Positions 19,201-27,481 of a DNA stretch of 64,000 bases are shown one piece after another (position 1 is the stretch's first letter; each line of letters begins with the position of its first letter). The position numbers were made by a program, and so were the translations under genes. The stretch comes from Alphaproteobacteria bacterium (lineage in GTDB: Bacteria; Pseudomonadota; Alphaproteobacteria; UBA7985; JAUIBT01), in NCBI GenBank assembly GCA_030432195.1, contig JAUIHE010000002.1:5045-69044 (forward strand). The letters are read 5' to 3'. The notes beneath the pieces were generated by a model. The model was not told where the DNA came from and did not search any database. It saw only the letters and a list, made by a program, of their open reading frames with translations.

Positions 19201-20924
19201 GCCGCTTTGGTGTGACCGCTGAGTACCTCAACAACTGCGCCGAGCTGGAAATCAAAATGGCCCAGGGCGCAAAGCCGGGCGAGGGCGGCCAGCTTCCGGG
19301 CTTTAAGGTCTCCAAGTACATCGCCAAGATGCGCCACTCGACGCCAGGCGTGACGCTGATTAGCCCGCCGCCTCACCACGATATCTATTCGATCGAGGAC
19401 CTGGCGCAGCTCATCTATGACCTGAAGCAGATCAACCCCGAAGCCCGCGTTTGCGTCAAGCTGGTGGCGCGTTCGGGCATCGGGACCATTGCAGCCGGTG
19501 TGGCCAAGGCCGATGCGGATGTGATCTTGGTGTCGGGCAACTCTGGCGGCACGGGCGCCAGCCCGCAGACCTCGATCAAATACGCGGGGCTGCCTTGGGA
19601 AATGGGCCTGGCAGAGGTCCACCAGGTGCTGACCATGAACGAGCTACGCTCGAAGGTCACACTGCGCACCGATGGCGGGCTTCGTACCGGTCTAGATATT
19701 GTCAAAGCGGCTATGCTGGGTGCTGAAGAATTCGGCATTGGCACCGCCGCGCTGGTGGCTATGGGCTGTATTATGGTGCGCCAGTGCCACTCCAACACCT
19801 GCCCTGTCGGCGTTTGTACCCAGGACGAGGCGCTGCGCGAGAAGTTCAGCGGTACCGCGCAAAAGGTCATCGACCTGTTCAGCTTTGTCGCCGACGAAGT
19901 GCGCGAAATTCTGGCAGAATTGGGTTTCTCACGCCTGGAAGACGTGATCGGGCGAACCGACTTGCTGACCCAAATCAGCCGCGGCGCCGACCACTTGGAT
20001 GACCTGGACTTGAACGCGGTTCTGCAAAAGGTCGAGCCTGCACAGGGCACCTTGGCTCTGTCCGATCGTGAGCGCCGCAACCCCGTTCCCGATACGCTGG
20101 ACGCTGAAATCATCAAGGACGCCAAGCCCTTGTTGACCGTCGGCGAAAAGATGGAACTGAAGTACAACGTCGCCAACACCCAGCGGACCGTAGGCACACG
20201 CTTGTCATCGGAAATCACCCGCAAGTACGGCATGAACTACTTTGACGATGGGCACGTGAACATCCGTCTGCGGGGTTCGGCGGGTCAGTCTTTGGGCGCC
20301 TTTGCCTGCAAGGGCATGCGCATCGAGGTAACAGGCGATTCCAACGACTATGTGGGCAAGGGCCTGTCGGGCGGCATCATTGTGGTGCGACCTTCCTATC
20401 AATCGCCCGTTCAGACCGTAACCCAAGATCATACGATCATCGGCAACACGGTTCTGTATGGGGCCACCAGCGGCAAGCTGTTCGCAGCAGGCCAGGCGGG
20501 CGAGCGCTTTTGTGTGCGCAACTCTGGCGCAACGGCGGTGGTCGAAGGCTGCGGCGGCAATGGCTGTGAATACATGACCGGCGGCGTTGCGGTTATTTTG
20601 GGCGAAACAGGCAAGAACTTCGGCGCGGGCATGACCGGCGGCATGGCCTTTGTCTATGACCCTGAAAACCGCTTCCAGCATCTTTATAACCCCGCCTCTT
20701 TGCAGGTGATGCGCGTGACCATGCCTCACTATCAGAACCAGCTGAAGGATCTGGTCAGCCAGCATCAAGAAGAGACCCGTTCGGTGCATGCAGAACGCTT
20801 GCTGATGGATTGGGAGCGCAGCTTGAAGAGCATGTGGCAGGTGGTTCCTACTGAGATGTTGGCGCTGCTGGACGAGCCGGTCTCGGCAGAGCACGCCGCT
20901 CAGCGCGTCGCGGCCAGCGCTTAG
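16290..20924 (+). CDS. gltB: glutamate synthase large subunit
   Basis: 1544 aa; amidotransferase N-terminus (EHENCGVGLVA), FMN/3Fe-4S region (CHSNTCPVGV), C-terminal GXGXG beta-helix region. Confidence 0.97.
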   Translation: MTKKTISSIANEQDAQQWVDHYRRTQAQLTDAHAYRPDQEHENCGVGLVAATDGKPTRLVVETAIQALKAVWHRGAVDADGKTGDGAGIMMNIPQAFFRSEVERTGHIVPEGASVGVGQVFLPRTDMAKQEACRVIIEREILNAGYRIHGWRQVPVEPAVLGMKANATRPEIEQILIHVDAGADIEATERNFYIIRRRIENAARAKGISELYVCSLSINCIIYKGMFLAQDLSEFYPDLLDPRFVSNVALYHQRYSTNTFPTWSLAQPFRVIAHNGEINTLKGNHNWMRAHESRMESDATFGDAIDELRPVIQPGSSDTSAMDAVFELLCSSQRSLPMVKSLMIPEAWSEDATMPDAHKALYQYCNSVMEPWDGPAAVVGHYGSWVIAGLDRSGLRPMRYSIVRDRQNDSELLIAGSETGMVRIDEQDVVKLGRIGPGSLIAVNLAEGKLYMDSEIKDLLASEHPFADWTQGIKRLDERMQASRVPGTTAENSEFEGEELRRRQLVYGSTHEELELILHPMIVDGKEPIGSMGDDTPMAVLSDKYRPLHHFFRQDFSQVTNPPIDSLRERSVMSLTTRLGNLGNILDVSASQCDLYLLSSPVLTNGEWQGVKDALVGDGAEIAEIDCTYDPSEGSTAMRDAITRIRGDAERAARRGIQHLFLSDKAIGANRAPLPMILATGAVHTHLLETDLRTFVSLNVQSGECMDTHYFAVLIGVGATSVNAYMVQENAADRIRRGLVPDGTTLDVAMGRFKKAIGDGILKIMSKMGIGVVSSYRGGYNFEAVGLSRTLVSEFFPGVPSRISGIGLIGIQKKLNELHAKAYNQAAVPLPIGGFYRFRRGEEKHAWDARNMHLLQSAVNKGSFQTYKQYAKMVNEQSPIWLRDLLGFKTEGLRAIDLSEVESVTSLRKRFVTPGISLGALSKEAHETLAIAMNRIGARSDSGEGGEDPDRYHPWAGGDNAKSAIKQVASGRFGVTAEYLNNCAELEIKMAQGAKPGEGGQLPGFKVSKYIAKMRHSTPGVTLISPPPHHDIYSIEDLAQLIYDLKQINPEARVCVKLVARSGIGTIAAGVAKADADVILVSGNSGGTGASPQTSIKYAGLPWEMGLAEVHQVLTMNELRSKVTLRTDGGLRTGLDIVKAAMLGAEEFGIGTAALVAMGCIMVRQCHSNTCPVGVCTQDEALREKFSGTAQKVIDLFSFVADEVREILAELGFSRLEDVIGRTDLLTQISRGADHLDDLDLNAVLQKVEPAQGTLALSDRERRNPVPDTLDAEIIKDAKPLLTVGEKMELKYNVANTQRTVGTRLSSEITRKYGMNYFDDGHVNIRLRGSAGQSLGAFACKGMRIEVTGDSNDYVGKGLSGGIIVVRPSYQSPVQTVTQDHTIIGNTVLYGATSGKLFAAGQAGERFCVRNSGATAVVEGCGGNGCEYMTGGVAVILGETGKNFGAGMTGGMAFVYDPENRFQHLYNPASLQVMRVTMPHYQNQLKDLVSQHQEETRSVHAERLLMDWERSLKSMWQVVPTEMLALLDEPVSAEHAAQRVAASA

Positions 20925-20939
20925 GGCGGCAGGGCGAGC

Positions 20940-21707
20940 ATGCAGCTTTGTATCGGGATCGACCCAAGCTTGGCTTTGCTTCAGGCTTGGGGCTTGCCTC
21001 AGGACGCGAACGGCGCAGGCCTTTTTGCCCAGGAACTGCTCAACTTGGCAGAAGATGCCAAGGTCATGATTAAGCCGCAGGTGGCCTATTTTGAGCAGTT
21101 CGGACCCGCGGGTTTTCAGGTTCTAGCTGACCTCATTCGTGACGCACGGGAGCGGGGTGTCTTTGTGCTGGCGGATGCCAAGCGCACGGATATTGGCTCA
21201 ACATCGGCGGCTTATGCGCGGGCTTGGTTCGGGCCGGGCGCGCCACTACGGGCCAACGCTTTGACCGCCACCGCATACATGGGGCTGGGCGCAATTATGC
21301 CGATGATCGACGCCGCCGCAGAGGATGGCGGGCAGGTGTTCGTTGTTGTCCGCTCCTCTAACCCAGAAGGCGAGGCCCTGCAAACGACTGGTCTTCCCGC
21401 CGTTTGGGAGACTCTGATGACAGAACTTGAAGTTGTTAATCAGCGCTTTGGTGCGCCTGTTGCGGGTGCCGTCGTGGGGGCAACCCAAGCTAAAGAGTTG
21501 CACCTTTGCAACGGCTTAGCGCCAAACGTACCGCTGCTTTGCCCAGGTGTTGGCGCGCAAGGCGCTGATCTTGCGAGTCTAATAAAACTGCCAAGCGACC
21601 TCAAAGCGCGCATGATACTGCCGATTTCGCGGGGGATTGCCAAAGTGGGCCCGGGTGCTGGCGCCTTGAAAGTTGCGCTGACAGGCTATCTTGGTGAAAT
21701 TTGCTAA
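20940..21707 (+). CDS. pyrF: orotidine-5'-phosphate decarboxylase (type 2)
   Basis: 255 aa; LCIGIDP, KPQVAYFEQFG, LADAKRTDIGST motifs. N-terminus is short relative to the type 2 enzymes I recall. Confidence 0.85.
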   Translation: MQLCIGIDPSLALLQAWGLPQDANGAGLFAQELLNLAEDAKVMIKPQVAYFEQFGPAGFQVLADLIRDARERGVFVLADAKRTDIGSTSAAYARAWFGPGAPLRANALTATAYMGLGAIMPMIDAAAEDGGQVFVVVRSSNPEGEALQTTGLPAVWETLMTELEVVNQRFGAPVAGAVVGATQAKELHLCNGLAPNVPLLCPGVGAQGADLASLIKLPSDLKARMILPISRGIAKVGPGAGALKVALTGYLGEIC

Positions 21708-21757
21708 CCTTTGGAATATACTTGATCCGCCCTTTTGTCTGGTTTTAGACCAAAAGG

Positions 21758-22564
21758 ATGAATGCTCGATTTTCAAGTGTTATCGGTGAAATTTTCCCTA
21801 GAAATCAAATCCAAGCCGCAGCAGGTTTTGGCCTCGCTCTAATTTGGATGATGGTCGCCGCGTGCCTGGTTTGGACGCCTGCAGCGCAAGCAGGCCTCTA
21901 CAATGCAAGCCCAGAGGCCTGTCCAGCGAGCACAGATAAATTGAGTACCGCATCCACTGATTTGATTTCTGTCGGTGCGACACGGCTGAATCAAACCAGC
22001 TGCGATGCGGTCCAAACGGACACATTCGAAACCGCCACCGTCGCTCAACTGGGGGCCAAGGATCAGGTTCTGATCCAGCATAACGGCAACGATACAGCGG
22101 GCTCAATCAGCACCAATCGCCTGTACTTTATCTATGGTAAAAACGCTGTGAACTTTTCAGTTCGAACGGGCTGCGCGGATCCGGTGCCACACACCACGGG
22201 CGATTATCTCGACATTACTGATGCTGCGCAGTGGCCGGCTATTGTCACCTTTGATTACACGCCTGCGCGCGGCGCAAACGCAGGGGTTACAACATCGTTC
22301 TATTTCACCCTGCAACAGCCCGGCATCGTGAAGGCGAACCGTCTTGAGGGTTTTACGGTCCATGTTGGGACTTTCGGCCCTGATGATGATCCGGTCTGCA
22401 TCGCGCAAAAGCAAAAGCCCTTGGACGATCAAGAAAGCGCGGCTTCGTTGGGATCTTCCATTTGGAGCGGGCAGGTTGGTCAGATGGCGCAGCACCGAGC
22501 GAGCCAACGCATTCAGCGTGCGATGTCCGCTGGCGGCTCGGCAGAGGCGGGGGGCCTCATTTAG
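21758..22564 (+). CDS. autotransporter passenger-like secreted protein (N-terminal fragment of a split gene)
   Basis: 268 aa; signal peptide (LALIWMMVAACLVWTPAAQA). Ends 10 nt after a G6 tract, where the reading frame of the beta-barrel ORF takes over. Confidence 0.6.
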   Translation: MNARFSSVIGEIFPRNQIQAAAGFGLALIWMMVAACLVWTPAAQAGLYNASPEACPASTDKLSTASTDLISVGATRLNQTSCDAVQTDTFETATVAQLGAKDQVLIQHNGNDTAGSISTNRLYFIYGKNAVNFSVRTGCADPVPHTTGDYLDITDAAQWPAIVTFDYTPARGANAGVTTSFYFTLQQPGIVKANRLEGFTVHVGTFGPDDDPVCIAQKQKPLDDQESAASLGSSIWSGQVGQMAQHRASQRIQRAMSAGGSAEAGGLI

Positions 22565-23549
22565 CGCGCTGGCAACCGCCAAGGCGCAGGGCTGGAGTGC
22601 ATTGGATAGCGACGAGGCGGTGGCGCTTTATCAAGATTGGGAAACCGGGCGCCTGACACGCAAGCTTGAGGGCTTGGACCTGCAAGCTTTGGGCAGCGAC
22701 ACGGCCAGCCTGGTCAAGGATTTGCTCGGCGATAACTCTGCCAGTGAGGCGCTCAATTGGTATACCGCCGGGGCCTATAGCGATTTTGGCAAGGCGGGGA
22801 TGGCTGGCTTTGACGGCTTTGCCCAGGTCTGGACCGCGGGCGCTGACTATCGGTTTTCCGGCGATTTTGTGCTGGGTGGCAACCTGAACTATGAGTACGG
22901 CAAGCTGGATTTTGATACGGCAGAAGACGGCCGTTTGACCAAGCAGGGTTGGCGCGCCGACGCCTATGCTGGTTGGACGCTTGGCGCTGGACTGGCGGGC
23001 GAGGGCCTGCTGTCTTACGGGCAGTTTGAAAACCAGATCATCACCAACTTTGACGAAGGCTGGAGCGATTCGCAGCGCTGGATGGCCTCGTTGGGTCTTG
23101 TGGGGGATCTCGATTGGCTGGGTGTTCGTGCGCGTCCCTACGGTAGGCTTGTTTACAGCAAAGAGACCTTCGATGCCTACGTCATAACTGGCGGCCAGAC
23201 GGTGCCCGGGTTTGATACCGAGTTTAGTCAGGTACAAGGTGGCCTTGAATTGAGGGCACCTCAGGCCGCCTTTTGGGGACTGGAACCCTATTTAGCGCTG
23301 CAGGGCGAATGGGATTGGCGGCATGCTGGCTCGCAAACTTTGGCCTCGGGTGCCGTTCTAGAGCCCGATGACTGGGGTCTGTCTTGGGTCATGGGGCTTA
23401 ATGGGCGCCTAGACGGCTTCTTGCCGGGCACCTGGTACGGGGGCCTTATGGAAGGCGCGTTGGTCGATGTCCGCCTGCAAAATTCGGACTTTGGGCGCGA
23501 TATCGACGCGCGCAGCCTGCAATGGAGCCTTACCATTCCTTTGGATTAG
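22344..23549 (+). CDS. autotransporter beta-barrel domain (C-terminal fragment, no own signal peptide)
   Basis: From about 22556 on: alternating amphipathic beta-strand pattern with aromatic strand ends (WTAGADYRF, LNYEYGKLDF, WRADAYAGW, LSYGQFEN). The first ~70 codons of the track ORF are an out-of-frame overlap and unlikely to be real. Confidence 0.6.
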   Translation: MRVLRSMLGLSALMMIRSASRKSKSPWTIKKARLRWDLPFGAGRLVRWRSTERANAFSVRCPLAARQRRGASFSALATAKAQGWSALDSDEAVALYQDWETGRLTRKLEGLDLQALGSDTASLVKDLLGDNSASEALNWYTAGAYSDFGKAGMAGFDGFAQVWTAGADYRFSGDFVLGGNLNYEYGKLDFDTAEDGRLTKQGWRADAYAGWTLGAGLAGEGLLSYGQFENQIITNFDEGWSDSQRWMASLGLVGDLDWLGVRARPYGRLVYSKETFDAYVITGGQTVPGFDTEFSQVQGGLELRAPQAAFWGLEPYLALQGEWDWRHAGSQTLASGAVLEPDDWGLSWVMGLNGRLDGFLPGTWYGGLMEGALVDVRLQNSDFGRDIDARSLQWSLTIPLD

Positions 23550-23627
23550 GCACAGAAGGAAAGGGCTGGCGACGGCGCGCCTGCGCCCGCCCGAGACACG
23601 CAAAGCCAAGAAGGTTCGCGCAGGACT

Positions 23628-24665
23628 TTGACCAGGCTTGCGAACTTGTCTATGCCTTGTGCCATGAACGACGCGACACCCCAATCTGGCCGCTCTAGTA
23701 CCAGCAGCCCAGCCCCGATTGATCCTTTGGCTGATGCCCTGATAGCCCCTTTTTTGCAGGCCTTGCATGCGCGTGGACGCTTGCGGGTCTGGTCGATCGT
23801 AATCACCATATTCGGCGATTTGGTGCAGCCGCGCAGCCAGCCGGGGGCGCCTGCACGTTTGGCCTTTTCTGACCTTGGCCGCCTTACGGATAGTTTGGGA
23901 ATAGCGCCCGGTGCGCTGCGCACAGCGATATCACGGCTGACCAAAGAAGGATGGCTGGAGCGTCACAAGACCGGCCGCAATGCCTGGTATCAACTGAGCG
24001 ACAGCGGCGCGTCCAGCACCATGAGCGCAGGACAGCGGATCTACGCTGATAACACCGCCTCTTCTGTCGAGCGCTGGCGTTTGGAGGTCTACAAGAACCC
24101 TGAGCTGGCAGCGTCTGCCGCTTTGACGAGCCCGCACATTCCGCTCGGCGATCAACTGGTCTTGACGCCAATAGGGGCCAGCCAAGGCCACAAATCGGTT
24201 CAAGCAAGGGGCCAATCACGGGGCCAATCACGGGACCAAGACGCGAACCCAATCGGCGGTGGCGCGACCTTGGTATTCGAAGGCACCATCACCGCGCTGC
24301 CGGATTGGTTGCAAGACAGCCTTGTCGATCCTGGTGTCACCCAAGACTATCGCGAGTTGGCAACGCTGCTGACGGCGCTGGCTGATGACAAAACGCGACT
24401 TGAGGCCTTGGCACCACACGAGGCGACGGTTTTGCGCTGCCTCTTATTGCATTTTTGGCGCCGTTTGGTCCTAAAGCATCGCCCCCTGCCTGCAAGCCTG
24501 TTGCCCAGGGATTGGCCCGGTCTGCGGTGCCGTGAGCTGTTGCCCCCCCTCTATCAGGCGCTGTGGTCGGCAAGCGAGGCTTGGGTCGATGCGGCGGGAT
24601 TGGCGCCAAGGCCAGCGGGGCAGGGGTTACCCTTCACCCAAACGGTCAAAAGGTCGGATAGGTAG
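23628..24665 (+). CDS. paaX: phenylacetic acid degradation operon repressor PaaX
   Basis: 345 aa; winged-helix segment ALRTAISRLTKEGWLERHKTGRNAWYQLSDSG as in PaaX. Start uncertain (TTG 23628, ATG 23652 or 23664). Confidence 0.8.
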   Translation: MTRLANLSMPCAMNDATPQSGRSSTSSPAPIDPLADALIAPFLQALHARGRLRVWSIVITIFGDLVQPRSQPGAPARLAFSDLGRLTDSLGIAPGALRTAISRLTKEGWLERHKTGRNAWYQLSDSGASSTMSAGQRIYADNTASSVERWRLEVYKNPELAASAALTSPHIPLGDQLVLTPIGASQGHKSVQARGQSRGQSRDQDANPIGGGATLVFEGTITALPDWLQDSLVDPGVTQDYRELATLLTALADDKTRLEALAPHEATVLRCLLLHFWRRLVLKHRPLPASLLPRDWPGLRCRELLPPLYQALWSASEAWVDAAGLAPRPAGQGLPFTQTVKRSDR

Positions 24666-24678
24666 TTCTCCTTGCGAA

Positions 24679-24717
24679 ATGTTACGAAATAATTTGACGA
24701 AGGTATTTTCGTAACAT
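24679..24717. promoter_or_regulatory. inverted repeat ATGTTACGAAA-N17-TTTCGTAACAT (candidate PaaX operator, paaA promoter)
   Basis: Perfect 11-bp arms at 24679-24689 and 24707-24717 in the 71-bp paaX-paaA gap. The same core recurs at 34173-34212. Confidence 0.6.
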
Positions 24718-24736
24718 ATGATGTTTCTCATCAACC

Positions 24737-25759
24737 ATGGGGAGAGGCGATATGTACAGCCAGGGCCTGATTGGCGCCAACACCAGCACCGATGAAGCGC
24801 CAGAGTTTCTGGAAGCTTTTCAAGCGCGCATCGACGCTGAAGAAAAGATTGAGCCCAACGACGCGATGCCAGCGGGCTACCGCAAGACGCTGATCCGTCA
24901 AATCGGCCAGCACGCGCACTCAGAAATCGTCGGCATGTTGCCGGAAGGTAACTGGATTACCCGCGCGCCCAGCTTGCGCCGCAAGGCGGCCCTTTTGGCC
25001 AAAGTGCAAGATGAAGGCGGCCACGGGCTTTATCTCTATTCTGCTGCGGAGACCCTGGGCGTTTCGCGGGAGCAGATGACCGAAGAACTGCTGAGCGGCA
25101 AGGCCAAGTATTCGTCGATCTTCAACTATCCGACCCTGACCTGGGCGGATATCGGTGCGATTGGCTGGCTGGTCGATGGCGCGGCGATTATGAACCAAAT
25201 CCCGCTGTGCCGCTGCTCGTTTGGCCCCTATGCCCGCGCCATGATCCGCGTCTGCAAGGAGGAGAGCTTCCACCAGCGCCAGGGTTATGAAATCATGACG
25301 GTATTGGCACAAGGCAGCGCAGAACAAAAGGAAATGGCGCAGGACGCGTTGAACCGCTGGTGGTGGCCGTCACTGATGATGTTCGGGCCGCACGATGCGG
25401 ACAGTCAACACGGCGACCAATCTATGGCCTGGAAGATCAAGCGCTTTACCAACGATGAGCTGCGTCAGAAGTTCGTCGATGCGACCGTGCCGCAAGCCCA
25501 ATATCTGGGGCTGAGCTTGCCCGACGACCAGTTGGTCTGGAACCCGGACAAGAACGACGGCAAAGGCGGCTATGACTTTGGCCCGATCGACTGGAACGAG
25601 TTTTGGACCGTCGTCAAAGGCAATGGCATCATGAACAAGGATCGCATGCGCGCGCGCAAGAAAGCCTGGGATGAAGGCGCTTGGGTACGCGATGCCGCTC
25701 TGGCCCATGCCGAAAAGCAGCGCCAGCGCCAGGCCGACACCGCAATCGCCGCGGAATAG
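24737..25759 (+). CDS. paaA: 1,2-phenylacetyl-CoA epoxidase subunit A
   Basis: 340 aa; [31 protein letters not shown] is nearly identical to the E. coli PaaA region I recall. Confidence 0.95.
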   Translation: MGRGDMYSQGLIGANTSTDEAPEFLEAFQARIDAEEKIEPNDAMPAGYRKTLIRQIGQHAHSEIVGMLPEGNWITRAPSLRRKAALLAKVQDEGGHGLYLYSAAETLGVSREQMTEELLSGKAKYSSIFNYPTLTWADIGAIGWLVDGAAIMNQIPLCRCSFGPYARAMIRVCKEESFHQRQGYEIMTVLAQGSAEQKEMAQDALNRWWWPSLMMFGPHDADSQHGDQSMAWKIKRFTNDELRQKFVDATVPQAQYLGLSLPDDQLVWNPDKNDGKGGYDFGPIDWNEFWTVVKGNGIMNKDRMRARKKAWDEGAWVRDAALAHAEKQRQRQADTAIAAE

Positions 25760-25827
25760 GTCCACGATCTAACGAACCCGAAATTCGGACTATTGAGCTG
25801 CCAAGAACGGCGGCAAGAGGAAAAGCT

Positions 25828-26112
25828 ATGACCCAGCACACCCCCCTTTGGGAAGTTTTCATTCGCCCGCGTAACGGCTTGTCTCACCGTCACTGTGGCT
25901 CGGTTCATGCCGCAGACGCCAGCCTGGCTCTGCAAGCCGCGCGCGATGTCTATACGCGCCGCGGCGAGGGCTTGTCGATCTGGGTCATTCCCTCGGCTCA
26001 AATCGTGGCCTCCGACCCGCAGGACAAGGACGAGCTGTTCGCTCCGGCCGAAGATAAGGTCTATCGCCACCCGACCTTCTATGAAGTTCCCGAAGAAGTG
26101 GGGCACATGTAA
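25828..26112 (+). CDS. paaB: 1,2-phenylacetyl-CoA epoxidase subunit B
   Basis: In-frame ATG at 25828 within track ORF 25681-26112 gives 94 aa (MTQHTPLWEVFIR...), the PaaB size; preceded by AAGAGGAAAAG. Confidence 0.9.
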   Translation: MTQHTPLWEVFIRPRNGLSHRHCGSVHAADASLALQAARDVYTRRGEGLSIWVIPSAQIVASDPQDKDELFAPAEDKVYRHPTFYEVPEEVGHM

Positions 26113-26870
26113 TGGGCGCCGCAACTCCGCTGTATACTTTTGTGCTGCGTTTGGCTGACGACCATCTGATTTTGGGCCAGCGCGTGTCTGAGCTGTGTGG
26201 CCATGCGCCCATGCTGGAAGAAGATATGGCGCTGCCAAATATCGGCTTGGACTTGCTGGGCCAGGCGCGCGCGCTCTACACCTATGCCGCCGAGCTGCAA
26301 GGCGAAGGCAAGAGCGAAGACGACTTGGCTTTTTGCCGCCTGGAGCGCGACTATGTGAACGCGCTGTTGGTTGAGCGGCCCAATCTGGATTTTGCTCATA
26401 CCATTGTGCGTCACTTGCTGCACGCCCTGTTCGTACAGCAGTTGTGGCAGGCTTTGCAGGGCTCCAGCGATGCCACCTTGGCAGCGGTTGCGGGCAAGGC
26501 CGCCAAGGAGACCGCCTACCACGTGCGCCACACCAGCGAGTGGCTCATCCGTTTGGGTGACGGCACGGACGAGAGCCATGAACGGGCGCAAGAGGCACTG
26601 GACATCTTGATGCCCTACGCCAAGGAGCTGTTCGAGGATGATGCGACGACCCAGGCCCTGGCCGCCCAGGGCGTCGCGCCCTTGCCGTCGTCCTTGTATG
26701 AAGCTTGGTCGCAGCGCCTGGACGAAATCTTGTCCATGGCGACCTTGAGCCGCCCCGATTTGACCCTAGGCCTTAGCGGTGGTCGTCAAGGAAGGCACAC
26801 TGAGGAGATGGGCCACGTGCTGGCCGAGCTCCAGTTTATGCAGCGCGCCTATCCCGGCTTGAGCTGGTAG
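26112..26870 (+). CDS. paaC: 1,2-phenylacetyl-CoA epoxidase subunit C
   Basis: 252 aa; position and PaaC-like N-terminus (LRLADDHLILGQRVSEL). Confidence 0.9.
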   Translation: MGAATPLYTFVLRLADDHLILGQRVSELCGHAPMLEEDMALPNIGLDLLGQARALYTYAAELQGEGKSEDDLAFCRLERDYVNALLVERPNLDFAHTIVRHLLHALFVQQLWQALQGSSDATLAAVAGKAAKETAYHVRHTSEWLIRLGDGTDESHERAQEALDILMPYAKELFEDDATTQALAAQGVAPLPSSLYEAWSQRLDEILSMATLSRPDLTLGLSGGRQGRHTEEMGHVLAELQFMQRAYPGLSW

Positions 26871-26887
26871 CGGAAAGGGCCTGCGTC

Positions 26888-27409
26888 ATGGTGGACAGCA
26901 GTCTTTCGACCCAGCACAAAAGCGGTGAAGAGCTGACCCAAGCAAGGGCTTGGGCTGCCGCGGCCGCAGTGCCTGATCCAGAGATCCCGGTCGTCACGGT
27001 TGCGGATCTTGGTATTTTGCGCGCAGTCGAGCTGAGCGATGGCGTGGCTGTCGCTAAGGTCAGCCCAACTTACACCGGCTGCCCAGCCGTACTGGCCATT
27101 GAAATGGCGATCGAAGCAGCGTTGCGCGAGGCTGGGTTTGACGCGCGTATTGAGCGGGTGATCGCGCCGGCCTGGTCGACGGATTGGATCACGGACGAAG
27201 GGCGCGAAAAGCTGCGCGCCTACGGTATCGCGCCACCCGCCAAAACCAGCAGTTCAAAGCGGGCGCTATTCGATGTCGAACCGGCAGCCTGTCCGCGCTG
27301 TAACTCGCAGAACAGCGAACGCTTGTCTGAGTTTGGTGCCACGCCGTGCAAGGCCATGTACCGATGCTTGGACTGCCGCGAACCCTTTGAAGCTTTTAAG
27401 TGCCTGTAA
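26888..27409 (+). CDS. paaD: phenylacetate-CoA oxygenase subunit PaaD (PaaJ in some nomenclatures)
   Basis: 173 aa; DPEIPVVTVADLGILR and C-terminal Cys pairs (CPRC...CLDC). Confidence 0.9.
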   Translation: MVDSSLSTQHKSGEELTQARAWAAAAAVPDPEIPVVTVADLGILRAVELSDGVAVAKVSPTYTGCPAVLAIEMAIEAALREAGFDARIERVIAPAWSTDWITDEGREKLRAYGIAPPAKTSSSKRALFDVEPAACPRCNSQNSERLSEFGATPCKAMYRCLDCREPFEAFKCL

Positions 27410-27481
27410 ATACGCTGTTGTAGCCAGGCCCTTGCCCAAAATTCCCGCGCTCGTTGGCGCCGATAAAAGAGGAAAACCACC

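Noticed and set aside
18585-19622. Long antisense ORFs inside well-supported genes. Examples: 345 aa opposite gltB; also 195-1052, 20205-20894, 37811-38590, 45934-46716, 49119-50111, 53165-54127 and 56805-57668.
   Set aside because: These are typical shadow ORFs of high-GC DNA. Their products are Arg/Ala/Gly/Pro-rich low-complexity sequence with no recognisable motifs, and the opposite-strand genes have unambiguous family signatures.
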